A DNA stretch of 64,000 bases, from NCBI GenBank assembly GCA_016235455.1, contig JACRKZ010000069.1, forward strand, positions 1 to 64,000. The letters run 5' to 3'. Numbering within the stretch: position 1 is the stretch's first letter; every line of letters starts with the position of its first letter. Of the stretch, positions 49,801 to 58,332 are shown piece after piece. Made by a program: the position numbers and the translations under genes. Source of the DNA: Armatimonadota bacterium. GTDB lineage: Bacteria > Armatimonadota > UBA10988. Under the pieces are notes generated by a model. It was not told the DNA's origin. It saw only the letters and a list, made by a program, of their open reading frames with translations, and searched no databases.

Positions 49801-50857
49801 CGCTCAGGTCGATCATCTGCGCGCGGTCGAGGCGCGCGTCGGCGTCGACTTCGGGACCGGCGGCGGGCGGCTGGTTGTCGGCGCGGTCGAAGCCGGCCTT
49901 GCGCGGCCAGTCGTCGATGCGCGCGGCGCCGCTCAGGTCGACCTCGGCCAGCGCCACGGCGCGCGCGCGGCTGTCGAAGCCGGTGAAGCGCACGCGCCAG
50001 ACCTTGGCGCGGGCGGCGGCGAAGGTGGTCGAGGCGCGACCACCCTCGGCCGAGATGGCGAACACGTCGACCCGGCGGAAGTTCGTGCCGTCGTCCGACG
50101 CCTCCAGCACGCCGCGGTGCGCCTGGCGACCGGGTCCGCCCTGAATGGTCAGCGAGCGCGCCGCGAACGGCGCGGCGAAGGCGAAGGTGAGGGCCAGCTC
50201 AGTGCCTGCCGCGGGCTTGGCCAGCGTCACCGCGGTGCCGTTGTTGCCGTCTGTCAGCCGCGCGAAGTCGACGGCCGTCGCGGGCGCGGGCGTGACCGTC
50301 ACGGTCGGCTTGGCCTCGGCCAGAGAGTGCTGCTCGGCGCGCGGCGTGGGGAAGGCCAGCACGGCGATGGGCACGTAATGGTTCTGCACCTTCTGCGGCT
50401 GGGCCAGCGGCGCCTTGGGCCGACCGGGCCCGACCAGATGCGCCTCGGTCCACACCAGCTTCTGCATACCCTCGGCCGGGGTGACCCACGGTCCGCCCGA
50501 CGACGACCAGCCGGCGCAGTTGTGGAAGCACATCTCCAGCCCGTTGCGGTCGGCCTCGGAGATGGCGTGGCGGAACAGCTTGATCCACTCGGGGCTCAGG
50601 TAGTTGACCCGGCCCGCGGGGATGCCGTCGTCGACGTTGAAGATCTGCGCGCCGCCCAGACCGACCTTGCGCATCTCCTCGATGTCCTTGGTCAGGCCGG
50701 CGGCGGTGATGTTGCCGTTCATCCAGTGCCACCAGGTCTGCGGCTTGGCGGCCCGCGGCGGGTCGGCGAACCCGGCGGTCAGGTCCTGCGCGGCCAGCGG
50801 CGCCAGGGCCAGCAGCAGGGCGGCGGTCAGTAGTCGGAGCAGTCGGCACGTGCGCAT
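46898..50857 (-). CDS. Secreted GH106 alpha-L-rhamnosidase-like protein with inserted binding modules
   Basis: WWHWMNGNIT; GWSSSGGPWV; GLEVDKL; IDSYE; GAESFT; FHRYAHQP; YFSGTAEY; VTNLWPNRLIGD; LPSGMLGPV. Confidence 0.9.
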   Translation of the reverse strand: MRTCRLLRLLTAALLLALAPLAAQDLTAGFADPPRAAKPQTWWHWMNGNITAAGLTKDIEEMRKVGLGGAQIFNVDDGIPAGRVNYLSPEWIKLFRHAISEADRNGLEMCFHNCAGWSSSGGPWVTPAEGMQKLVWTEAHLVGPGRPKAPLAQPQKVQNHYVPIAVLAFPTPRAEQHSLAEAKPTVTVTPAPATAVDFARLTDGNNGTAVTLAKPAAGTELALTFAFAAPFAARSLTIQGGPGRQAHRGVLEASDDGTNFRRVDVFAISAEGGRASTTFAAARAKVWRVRFTGFDSRARAVALAEVDLSGAARIDDWPRKAGFDRADNQPPAAGPEVDADARLDRAQMIDLSDKCAADGTLDWDAPTGDWTILRLGHTCTGKDNHPSPEPGRGLEVDKLSYEAVTSFWDKGVKPILDACEPFVGKSLTQTLIDSYEVGFQTWTPKFAAEFTKRRGYDPKLYLPAMTGRVVDSLAVSERFLWDVRRTLGELFDENYYGRFAELAAQRGMSLAAEPYGNGNFDGLTAGGYATLPMTEFWSGSGGDEFGGKLAGSIAHTYGRSVVGAESFTASPENGAWRNDPWSIKALGDRMWCAGVSRFIFHRYAHQPWTDLKPGMTMSRWGMHFEWPITWWEQAPAWTKYLARGQFLLQSGVYAADALVFVGDNSPNNAVGRGTLPAGYDYDCADPTILGRLKVADGQLTLPHGSRYRVLVLPESDTMLPESLAKVQALLEAGATVVGPKPSRSPSLKPGSDAEVQKLASAVWGDLDGKTKTQRAVGRGTLVWGKPLAAVLTDMKLSPDLEFAGPEAGSMRWLHRRAGNQEIYFLASWSDRSHELSATFRVGNLLPELFHADTGVIEPAPLWQRVDGRTRVTLPFEGRGSVFVVFRKPLGGAVGVASVARTGEAMTAPGVEAAKPDELIIDSARYGVFPEAGDRVDVTEKVRAMVAAGQRAIPATNAMAGSDPANQVVKSLKVVYTLNGQQKTVVVEENSNLEVPAGATVEKAVYGLVEGEEPQAQFVDVTKILNDAVKNGRLQLQCGNDLAGDPANMTVKETRVEYRLNGVRRSARVAENAVLTLPASSGGATLLPEPYDLAIGANGRPRLTAWAPGAFEFGLSGGKTAKLDIATGPRQAAVPGPWKLSFPPNWGAPASVTLDKLISWTEHTEAGVRYFSGTAEYQRNLDVPADWVGANRRLVLDLGRVVNFAELFVNGKSQGVLWKPPFRYDLTGVAKAGSNDIRVRVTNLWPNRLIGDEQIDDGRQWGGDGRLLAWPQWILDGKPKPNDGRYTWTTWRHYTKDSELLPSGMLGPVVLRSGVVAEVK

Positions 50858-51027
50858 TGGTCGGTCCCCGTGTGGTCTTGGGGCAGGGTTCCGCGGCGAA
50901 CGGCTGAGTCCTTCCAGTCTCCTCGATGCCCGAGCGGATCCCTACCGGTACTTGGCGCGAGATGTTACTTGCTGTGAAGGGAAGGCCGCCCGGGTGGCGA
51001 AGCGGGTGCGGCACAAGGCGGGAACCC

Positions 51028-54000
51028 ATGGCTGTAGCGTGGCTGGCCGAGACCACGGCGGCGGACGCTGTCGTGAACCTGGCGTGCGACTTCGGCTACG
51101 CCACCGCGCGCGACGGCGAGGTGGCAGAGCGCGTGCGCGTGATGTTGCGGCTGGCTGAACAGGGCGCCGAAGCCAACCACGATCTGCTTCGTGCGCTACG
51201 CATCGCCGAGGCCGAGGCGCTGGCGGGCCTCTGTGACCGCTGGTTGCACTGGTCTGGTGCGGCGCCCGCGCTCAACCGCACGCCCACGGCACCGACGGCC
51301 CATGGCGCGGCCAACGACGCCGTGCGCTGGGTGCTCCGTCTGACCGAGGCCGCACAGGCCCGTGCGCAGAGCCTGAGGACGGCGAGCTCCGAGTCGATCG
51401 GGCGATGCGGAGTCGCGCCGCTGAGCGCCGTCGATCGCGTGCTGGCCGCCGCGCTCGCGGCGCAGGTCCGACCCGCCGCCGGTGGCGAGTTCGGCGAGTC
51501 GCTGGCAGGCTACCTGGCGGCGGTGGCAGCGCCCCTGGGCACGCCGCCAGAGAGCTTCGGCGCGCTGTGCCAGGGCTGGTGGCTCAGCCTGCTGGCCCAC
51601 CGGTTCCGGCGGGAGTTCGCACCTGATGGGCGGCCTCGGGCCTGCTATCAGTCGGACCTACTGGCCCGCATCGGCCAAGCCGAACTCGTGCCCGAACGGC
51701 TCGCTGAGCGTGATGGCCAGATGGCGCAAGCGCTGGCGGTGCTGGCCGAATGGCGTCTCACGAGCCCAGACGTCACGGCGTCCAGGGACGACCAGGATGG
51801 GCAGGCAAGCCGCCTCACCGAGGCCTGGTCCACGCTCGATGGCTGGCTTGGCGAGCTGGTCGGCGTCTCCTGGCACGTGGGCGCCAGCCGCTGGCGACGC
51901 GGCCGGCTCCACACCCAGTTCCACGTCGTGGCCACGAGCTCGTCGCTGCCACCGGTCTACGCCGCTGTGCCCGTGCCGGCGCCACCCAACGCGGACCACT
52001 TCGCCGAGCGCGAGGCCGATGTCGAGGCCATCGTCGCGGCGTTGGCGGCGCGATGCCCGGTGGCCCTGCTCGGTCCGGCCGGCATCGGCTTGACCAGCCT
52101 GGCGGCCGCAGCCCTGGCTGATCCGCGCGTGGCTGGACCGGGCGCCGACCGGCGGTACTACGCCGACCTGAGGCGCGCGGCCGCCGCTGATACCATCGTG
52201 TCCACAGTGGTCGCGGCGTGCGGCGTGAAGCCGAGCGGCGCCGACACGAGCAGACTCGTCGCGCATCTGGCCCAGTCGCCGGCGGCCTTGGTGCTCGACC
52301 ACGCCGACGCCGCGCTGCGGCTCGGTGCCAAGGTGGTCGATGACCTGCTGCGGGCCCTGACGGGCACGCCTGGCCTGGGCCTGATCGTCGCCCTGCGCGG
52401 CGAACCGCGAACGCCTGACGAGACGCTGTCGGGCTTCAGGCAGGTCAGACCGAGGCTGCTGAGTCCTGACGCCGCCCTGGGGCTGTTTCGCCGACTGACT
52501 GACCGGCCGAGCGGCGACAACGCCGTCCTGCGCGGCCTGTTGGCCAAGGTCGACGGCCTGCCGCTGGCGGTAACGCTGCTGGCGGCAGCGGCCCGGCTCG
52601 AGCCCGACCTGGCCGCGCTGGCGAGCCGCTGGGACAGCGAGCGCGCCCGCCTGACGCGCTCCGGCGCGGGCGGCATCGTCACTGGTCTGGACATCGCGGT
52701 CGCCGTGGCCCTGGCCAGCGAACAGCTCACCGACCAGGCCAAGCGCCTGTTGCGTGCGCTGGCTGAGCTGCCCGACGGTCTGGGCGATGACGACCTGGCG
52801 GAGCTCTACCCCCATGATGGGCGGCGATGCGCGCGCTGCCTGCGTGCTCATGCGCTGCTGGACGAGACGGCCGGCCGGCTGAGGCTGCCGGGCGCGGTCG
52901 CCGAGCGGGCGCGCGCGCAGTTGCCGCCCGATGAGGTCGAGCACGACCGCGTCGCCGAGCACTTCGCGGCGCTGTCCGAGGCGGGCAAGATGATCGGCCG
53001 CGACGGCGCTGCCGAAGTGGTGGCGCGCCTGGCGGCCGAAGCGGGCAACATCGAGGCCGCGTTGCACTGGTTGGTGGACCGGCGGCCTGTCGCCGTGCTG
53101 ATGACCGCCTTCGACGGCTACGCCGAACTGGTCCGCTTCACGGGCATCGGATCCGAGGCGCCACTGCGACGCGCGGCGGCCCGGGCCGAGGCCGCGGGCG
53201 ACACCTATGGCGTGGCGGAGGCGTTGCTCGAGCTGGCGCTGACGGCTTCCGGGCGCGGCGACCGCCCTGCCGCCCGATCACACTACGAGCACGCGCTGCT
53301 GAACTACCAACGCATGGGCGACCTGCGGGGTCAGGCCAACTGTGTCAGGGGCCTGGGTAACATAGCGCTCGACGGCGTGGACGCCATGACGGCACGGGCA
53401 CACTACGAGCAGGCGGTGCCGCTGTACCAGCAGGCGGGTGACGTTGTCGGGCAGGCGGGTTGCGAGGAGGGGCTCGGCCGCGCGGCGCTGCTTCGCTCGG
53501 ACTACGCCTCGGCACGCGCTCATTTCGAGCAGGCACTGCCGTTGTATGAGCGGGCCGCGATCGCCGTGGGCCAGGCCAACTGCCTGCACAGCCTCGGCGA
53601 ACTGGCGATGGAGCGCGCGGACCATGCCGAGGCCGGAGTTCGCTACGGGCAGGCGCTGCCGCTGTACCAGCAGATCGGCGATGCTCACTCGCACGCGCAT
53701 TGCCTTCAGGCGCTGGGCGAGGTGGCGCTGGCCGGCTCGCGGTTCAAGACGGCCATGGCCCGCTTCGAGCAGGCCCTGGCTGCCCACGAGCAAGCTGGCT
53801 CCGTGCTGGGTCAGGCCGGCGCCGTGCGCCGCCTCGGCGACCTGGTCAAGGGCTTCTGGGACCACCCGACCGCGCGCCGACACTACCAGCAGGCGCTGGC
53901 GATGTACGAGAGTGCTGGGGCCGACCTTGGCCGGGCGTGGTGCGAGATAGCGCTGGGCGATGTGGCTCGTGACAGCGGCGACCTCGCCGGCGCGCGGCTC

Positions 54001-54264
54001 GGCTTTGAGCGTGCCGCGGAACTGGCCCTGCGCGCGGCCGCCCCGAGCGCCGCGGCCATGGCCCACCTGCGCCTGGCGGCCATCGCCGCCGACGGCGCGG
54101 AGTGTGCCCAACAGCAAGCCATGGCGGTCGAGTTGCTGGGCGCCGACGGCCGCGATGTCCAGCCGGCGCAAGTGGCCATGCTGACCCGCCAGCACCGCCA
54201 GCGGTCGCGTGTCGCCCTGCGCCGGTGGATTGCACGCCTGTTCTGGGCCGCTTTGCGCGAGTGA
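51028..54264 (+). CDS. STAND (NB-ARC-like) NTPase with TPR array; Walker A Lys replaced by Leu (start uncertain)
   Basis: HFAERE; GPAGIGLTS; LVLDHAD; DGLPLAVTL; about 40-aa TPR repeats (A..HYEQAL.LY...GD..GQANC...LG). Confidence 0.8.
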   Translation: MAVAWLAETTAADAVVNLACDFGYATARDGEVAERVRVMLRLAEQGAEANHDLLRALRIAEAEALAGLCDRWLHWSGAAPALNRTPTAPTAHGAANDAVRWVLRLTEAAQARAQSLRTASSESIGRCGVAPLSAVDRVLAAALAAQVRPAAGGEFGESLAGYLAAVAAPLGTPPESFGALCQGWWLSLLAHRFRREFAPDGRPRACYQSDLLARIGQAELVPERLAERDGQMAQALAVLAEWRLTSPDVTASRDDQDGQASRLTEAWSTLDGWLGELVGVSWHVGASRWRRGRLHTQFHVVATSSSLPPVYAAVPVPAPPNADHFAEREADVEAIVAALAARCPVALLGPAGIGLTSLAAAALADPRVAGPGADRRYYADLRRAAAADTIVSTVVAACGVKPSGADTSRLVAHLAQSPAALVLDHADAALRLGAKVVDDLLRALTGTPGLGLIVALRGEPRTPDETLSGFRQVRPRLLSPDAALGLFRRLTDRPSGDNAVLRGLLAKVDGLPLAVTLLAAAARLEPDLAALASRWDSERARLTRSGAGGIVTGLDIAVAVALASEQLTDQAKRLLRALAELPDGLGDDDLAELYPHDGRRCARCLRAHALLDETAGRLRLPGAVAERARAQLPPDEVEHDRVAEHFAALSEAGKMIGRDGAAEVVARLAAEAGNIEAALHWLVDRRPVAVLMTAFDGYAELVRFTGIGSEAPLRRAAARAEAAGDTYGVAEALLELALTASGRGDRPAARSHYEHALLNYQRMGDLRGQANCVRGLGNIALDGVDAMTARAHYEQAVPLYQQAGDVVGQAGCEEGLGRAALLRSDYASARAHFEQALPLYERAAIAVGQANCLHSLGELAMERADHAEAGVRYGQALPLYQQIGDAHSHAHCLQALGEVALAGSRFKTAMARFEQALAAHEQAGSVLGQAGAVRRLGDLVKGFWDHPTARRHYQQALAMYESAGADLGRAWCEIALGDVARDSGDLAGARLGFERAAELALRAAAPSAAAMAHLRLAAIAADGAECAQQQAMAVELLGADGRDVQPAQVAMLTRQHRQRSRVALRRWIARLFWAALRE

Positions 54265-54274
54265 GCGCCGGGCT

Positions 54275-55630
54275 CTACGCCTTCGCCGCCAACCGCGCCT
54301 CAATGCTTTCCCGCAGCTTCGTGGCCTCGGGGATGATGCTGCTGAAGGTCACCGCGCCGTCGATGATGATGGTCGGGATGGACTTCACGCCCAGCGCCAT
54401 CATGAGCGGGATGGTGTCGTCTTCCTTGAGCTTGTGCTCCACCCAGCGCACCTGCCCGCCAAACTGCGCCTCCACGGCCCGGACCGCTTCGACCATGTAC
54501 TGGCACGGCGCGCACGACAGCGAGTCGAGCGTGACCACCTCCACCAGCACCTCGCCCGGCTTAGTGTAGTCGGGCAGCTCGATGGTCACCGCGGCCGCCT
54601 CCTTCGCCGCGATCTCGCCGGTGAAGTCGCCGTGGACCACCTCGGCCACCGCCGCCACGTTCTCGGGCTTGGTGTCATAGGGCATGTCGCAGCCGGGCGC
54701 CAGCACGTAGCCGGTGGCGCCGCCGAGTTCGATGCACTGACGCGCCGCGCGGCGGGCGTCGTCGGTGTTGCCCAGCAGCAGCACGGTGGTCAGCGGGATG
54801 TTGCCACCAAAGGCTACGCCGTGCGCGCGGGCCACCTCGCCCATGGCCACCAGGTCGATCTGCTCGTCGACGAACAGCGCGTCGGGCTTCGTGGCACACA
54901 TGCCCGGCACGTTGCGCCAGGCATCGCCACACACGAACAGCGCGGTCGTGGCACCGACCGCCGCCCAACGCTGCCACAGCGGCGCGGCGACGGGAGCAAT
55001 GAACTGGGCGAAGTGCGCCGGCGAGATCTGGCTGGTCATGGGGTCGACCGCCGCCACCACGTCGCAACCCGCCTCGCGGTACCACTCGCCAACGCGCCCG
55101 GCGATGTCGGCGCAGTAAGCCAGCAGCGCGTGAATGCGTTCCTCGTTGAGCACCATCTCCAGGAAGATATCCGAGCCCAGCAGGTGCAGCGCGAGGGTGA
55201 AGGGGCCGGTGACCAGCCCGAACAGCGCCACCTCGTCACCCACCCGCGCTCTCGCGCGGCGGATGGCCTCGATCACCACCGGCAGGCGGCCTGAGTCCGG
55301 CGTGATCTCGGGCAGGTCGCTCAGATCGAGCCCGTGGGCCAGCGGATGGCTGTTGACTGCGGGCGGGTTCTCGCTCGACCAGACCAGTTCGCAGCCCAGC
55401 GCCTCGGCTTCCACCTGCAGATCGAAGACCACGGGCAGCCCGTCGGCGCGATAGCGCTCGGCCGCGGTGGCCACGCCGGTGGCGATGTACTCGGGATCGC
55501 GCAGGTAGACATCGGCCGGCAGGTGCAGCAGCTTGCCACCATGGCAACCCACATAAGGGACCCACGGTGTGCGCGGCGTCGGGCGGCAATGCAGGGCGTC
55601 CAGCAGCAGTTCGCGGCGGGTCTGAGCCAT
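54275..55630 (-). CDS. UroD/MtaA-family methyltransferase-like protein fused to C-terminal thioredoxin-like domain
   Basis: FDLQVEAEALG; GPFTLA; DPMTSQISP; FGGNIP; LAPGCDMP; then SCAPCQYM..GVKSIPTIIIDG. Confidence 0.85.
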   Translation of the reverse strand: MAQTRRELLLDALHCRPTPRTPWVPYVGCHGGKLLHLPADVYLRDPEYIATGVATAAERYRADGLPVVFDLQVEAEALGCELVWSSENPPAVNSHPLAHGLDLSDLPEITPDSGRLPVVIEAIRRARARVGDEVALFGLVTGPFTLALHLLGSDIFLEMVLNEERIHALLAYCADIAGRVGEWYREAGCDVVAAVDPMTSQISPAHFAQFIAPVAAPLWQRWAAVGATTALFVCGDAWRNVPGMCATKPDALFVDEQIDLVAMGEVARAHGVAFGGNIPLTTVLLLGNTDDARRAARQCIELGGATGYVLAPGCDMPYDTKPENVAAVAEVVHGDFTGEIAAKEAAAVTIELPDYTKPGEVLVEVVTLDSLSCAPCQYMVEAVRAVEAQFGGQVRWVEHKLKEDDTIPLMMALGVKSIPTIIIDGAVTFSSIIPEATKLRESIEARLAAKA

Positions 55631-55785
55631 CGAAGGTCTCCAGGCTGCCGAGCGCACGCGCCTAAGCTCGGGACGTGCGCCATCCTTGGCAGCCCTCAGG
55701 CTGTTTTGGTTAGGGTGAAAGCCCAGCGGCACGCGCCGTGGCGCGAGCCGCTGGGCTGAGCCAAGATGGCTCGGCAAAAGGAAGA

Positions 55786-56415
55786 CTAGGCGATGAGCGC
55801 CTTGAGCATATCGACGCAGCTACCGGCGTCCGGCGAGTAGCCGTCGGCACCGATCTCGTCGCAGTAGGCCTGGGTCACCGGCGCGCCGCCGATGATGACC
55901 TTGACACCGTCCTTGAGGCCGGCTTCCTTGAGCGCCTCGATGGTGCGGCCGATGTTCGGCATGGTGGTCGTCAGCAGGGCCGACAGAGCCACCACCGACG
56001 CACCGTCGGACACGGCTTCGATGAACTTCTCGGGCGACACGTCGACGCCCAGGTCCATGACCTTGAAGCCGGCGCCCTCGAGCATCATGGCCACCAGGTT
56101 CTTGCCGATGTCGTGAAGGTCGCCCTGCACCGTACCGATGGCCACCGTGGCCAACGCGGGCATGTCGCCTTCCTTCAGGAACGGCTTGACCAGCGCCATG
56201 GCGCCCTTCATCGCGCGAGCGGCGATGAGCACCTCGGGCACGTAGAACTCGTTGTTCTTGAACTTCTCACCCACCACCAACATGCCGGGAATGAGTCCGT
56301 CGTTGACGATGGCGCTCGGCGCGGTACCCTCGTCCAACGCCTCTTGGGTCAGCCGCGTCGCTTCGGGCAGATTGCCGCCGATCACGGCCTCCTGCATGCT
56401 GTTGAAGTCTGCCAT
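55786..56415 (-). CDS. Corrinoid (B12-binding) methyl-carrier protein, MtaC-like
   Basis: GM..VGEKF..YVPEVLIAARAM; GTVQGDLHDIGKNLV (DxHxxG); SALLTTTM; IIGGAPVT. Confidence 0.93.
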   Translation of the reverse strand: MADFNSMQEAVIGGNLPEATRLTQEALDEGTAPSAIVNDGLIPGMLVVGEKFKNNEFYVPEVLIAARAMKGAMALVKPFLKEGDMPALATVAIGTVQGDLHDIGKNLVAMMLEGAGFKVMDLGVDVSPEKFIEAVSDGASVVALSALLTTTMPNIGRTIEALKEAGLKDGVKVIIGGAPVTQAYCDEIGADGYSPDAGSCVDMLKALIA

Positions 56416-56520
56416 TGGTCACCTTCCTCTGACATGGACCGCGCCGCCACACGCGGCGCTTGGCCCAGCGGTCATTCTAGTGGCCAGCGACCGCGCAGGG
56501 GAAGTACCTGAGGGCCCCAT

Positions 56521-56557
56521 GAGCACGAAGTTACCAGGCAGAGCACGAAACTACCAG
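56521..56557. promoter_or_regulatory. 17-bp direct repeat with 20-bp period upstream of corrinoid operon
   Basis: gagcacgaagttaccag / gagcacgaaactaccag; minus-strand TAGAAT at 56474-56479. Confidence 0.45.
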
Positions 56558-56570
56558 AAGACGGTGAGAA

Positions 56571-56900
56571 TCAGCGAGTCGCGTCGATGCGGCTGGGGCG
56601 CGGCGTGGGGTCTGTGGCCGGGGCTGGCGTCAGGTGGCCCATGGCGATGGCCAACGAGAGCTCGGTCAGCGTCAGGTCGCGGAAGCTGGCGCCGTTGTCG
56701 TGGGTGATGCTGATCGTCTGGCGCGGATCGAGCCCGGCCAGGTGGGCGCGCAGGTCGTCCACGCCGACTCGTCGCGGCAGGCCGTGGTCGACCAGCGCGA
56801 TGCCTCGCCCATTGATCAGCCAGATGCTGGTCTCGGTGTCGATCTGCGCCTCCGCGTCCTGGTCGCGGCACCAGTCGAGCAGTTCCTCTGGTTCTATCAT
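56571..56900 (-). CDS. Hypothetical protein (109 aa)
   Basis: Protein-like composition; fills an otherwise empty gap; no family recognised. Confidence 0.6.
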   Translation of the reverse strand: MIEPEELLDWCRDQDAEAQIDTETSIWLINGRGIALVDHGLPRRVGVDDLRAHLAGLDPRQTISITHDNGASFRDLTLTELSLAIAMGHLTPAPATDPTPRPSRIDATR

Positions 56901-56985
56901 CCTTTGCGGGCCTCTTTCCCTTAAGCATAGGGCCCATGCGTAACGTCAACGCGAACCGCGTGTGATCCGCGCGTAGCGGCGGCCC

Positions 56986-57026
56986 AAATGGGAACCGCCA
57001 TCCGGCGAGCCGGATGGCGGTTCCCA
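56986..57026 (-). terminator. Intrinsic terminator-like hairpin downstream of Ala/Pro-rich lipoprotein gene
   Basis: Perfect 17-bp stem tgggaaccgccatccgg/ccggatggcggttccca followed by a short U run on the minus strand. Confidence 0.7.
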
Positions 57027-57048
57027 GACCTAGGAGGCCACTCAGCGC

Positions 57049-57936
57049 TTACGCACCGCCATGGGCCGCGGCAGCGGCCGGAGCGGCCGGCGCCGGCGTC
57101 TTGGCAGCCGGAGCCGCCGGCGCAGCCGGGGCGGCCGGAGCAGCCGACTTGGCAGCCGGAGCAGCAGGGGCAGCGGGGGCCGGAGCGGCCGGAGCGGCAG
57201 CCTTGGCGGCCGGAGCGGCCGGAGCAGCGGCAGCCGACGCCGCGGGGGCCGCGGGGGAGGCCGGCGCGGCAGCCGACGGCGCCGCCGGGGCAGCAGCGGC
57301 AGCCGGAGCAGCCGTCTTGCTGTCGGTCTTGGGCTCGGCGGCGGCAGCCACCAGGGCGAGGATGCTGCTGGTCTTGGGCTCGACGTTGGCGCCGGCCTTG
57401 ACCATCTCCTCGACGGCCGCGACCAAGTTGGCCAGAATGTCCAAGCGGGCGTCCTTCTTGTCACCCAGAACGCTGTCCTTCAGGCGCGCGCTGTCCTTCT
57501 TCACCGCGTCCAGCAGCGCATAGGCCTGCTCGAGCATCTCGGTGGCCAATGCTTCGCTGGCCTTGAGCTCGGGCATGACCGGCGCGGCCGGCACTTCGGC
57601 AGCCGGCGCAGCCGCGGCGGCTGGAGCTGCGGGCTTGGGGGCCGACTTGGCGATAGCGGAGGCCGGGATGGGACCCTTGGCCTTGATGCCCTGCTTGGCC
57701 GAGAGGCCGAAGCTGGCCAACTGGGCGGCCTGCACCGTGCGGCTCATGCTCTCGGCGAGCAGCTTCTCCGCCTCGTCCTTCTGCATCTTGCTGGCGATCT
57801 TCTTCTTGGCGACCTTGGCCGGACTATCGGCGTCAAGCCCCGCGGGCGGGGTCTTGCTGCAGCCAGCGACCAAGATCGACAACGCCAACGCCACCGTCGG
57901 CGCGGCAACGCGCGTGAAGAGCTTCATGGTTTCCAT
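57049..57936 (-). CDS. Ala/Pro/Lys-rich predicted lipoprotein
   Basis: Lipobox LVAGC; helical core; APAAP-repeat linker and tail ending HGGA. Confidence 0.75.
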   Translation of the reverse strand: METMKLFTRVAAPTVALALSILVAGCSKTPPAGLDADSPAKVAKKKIASKMQKDEAEKLLAESMSRTVQAAQLASFGLSAKQGIKAKGPIPASAIAKSAPKPAAPAAAAAPAAEVPAAPVMPELKASEALATEMLEQAYALLDAVKKDSARLKDSVLGDKKDARLDILANLVAAVEEMVKAGANVEPKTSSILALVAAAAEPKTDSKTAAPAAAAAPAAPSAAAPASPAAPAASAAAAPAAPAAKAAAPAAPAPAAPAAPAAKSAAPAAPAAPAAPAAKTPAPAAPAAAAAHGGA

Positions 57937-58097
57937 CTTCCTGCCGCGGGCCCTCTGGCGGGGCGCCGGCGGCGACATACGGACCGGTCGATGTCGATCC
58001 CTGACAGGTGTGCGACCGCCGCGGATCTCCCCAGGCCTAGCCTAGCCCGCCCGGCGTTACCCACCAGGTCGCCTCCCGACCGCAGGCGACGTATTGG

Positions 58098-58126
58098 AGT
58101 ATACGGACCCCGCTTGCCGGTGTCAA
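58098..58126 (-). promoter_or_regulatory. Near-consensus sigma70 promoter
   Basis: TTGACA-N17-TATACT on the minus strand, about 160 nt upstream of the lipoprotein start. Confidence 0.75.
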
Positions 58127-58281
58127 CGGATCACGACGTGGCATGACTCTGCGTTGGCCGGCCCAGGCGCCGGGTCCGGCGTGCCGCGACACTCGCTGCA
58201 CCGACTCGCCGCCGCTGGCCCGCCGACTCGCGCCGCCGGCCGCGCCACACGATCAGAGGCCCGACCAGCGCCAACTTGCGG

Positions 58282-58310
58282 TTGACAGATGCAAACGGGT
58301 GTTCCAGACT
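58282..58310 (+). promoter_or_regulatory. Candidate sigma70 promoter of the DinB-family gene
   Basis: TTGACA-N17-CAGACT, followed by RBS AGGAG. Confidence 0.55.
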
Positions 58311-58332
58311 GGGTGTGGCAAGGAGACAGGAC

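Noticed and set aside
54275-55630. hemE (heme biosynthesis), or a Tat signal from TRRELL
   Set aside because: Lacks the HemE MRQAGR motif and sits with a corrinoid protein. The RR is not followed by a hydrophobic h-region.
56416-56570. Cobalamin riboswitch upstream of the corrinoid gene
   Set aside because: No GGGAA..GGTG.AA.TCC or B12-box elements found on the minus strand by eye.
57014-57523. Ala/Gly-rich plus-strand ORF and GCN repeats as a separate gene or VNTR
   Set aside because: Antisense mirror of the APAAP tail of the lipoprotein.
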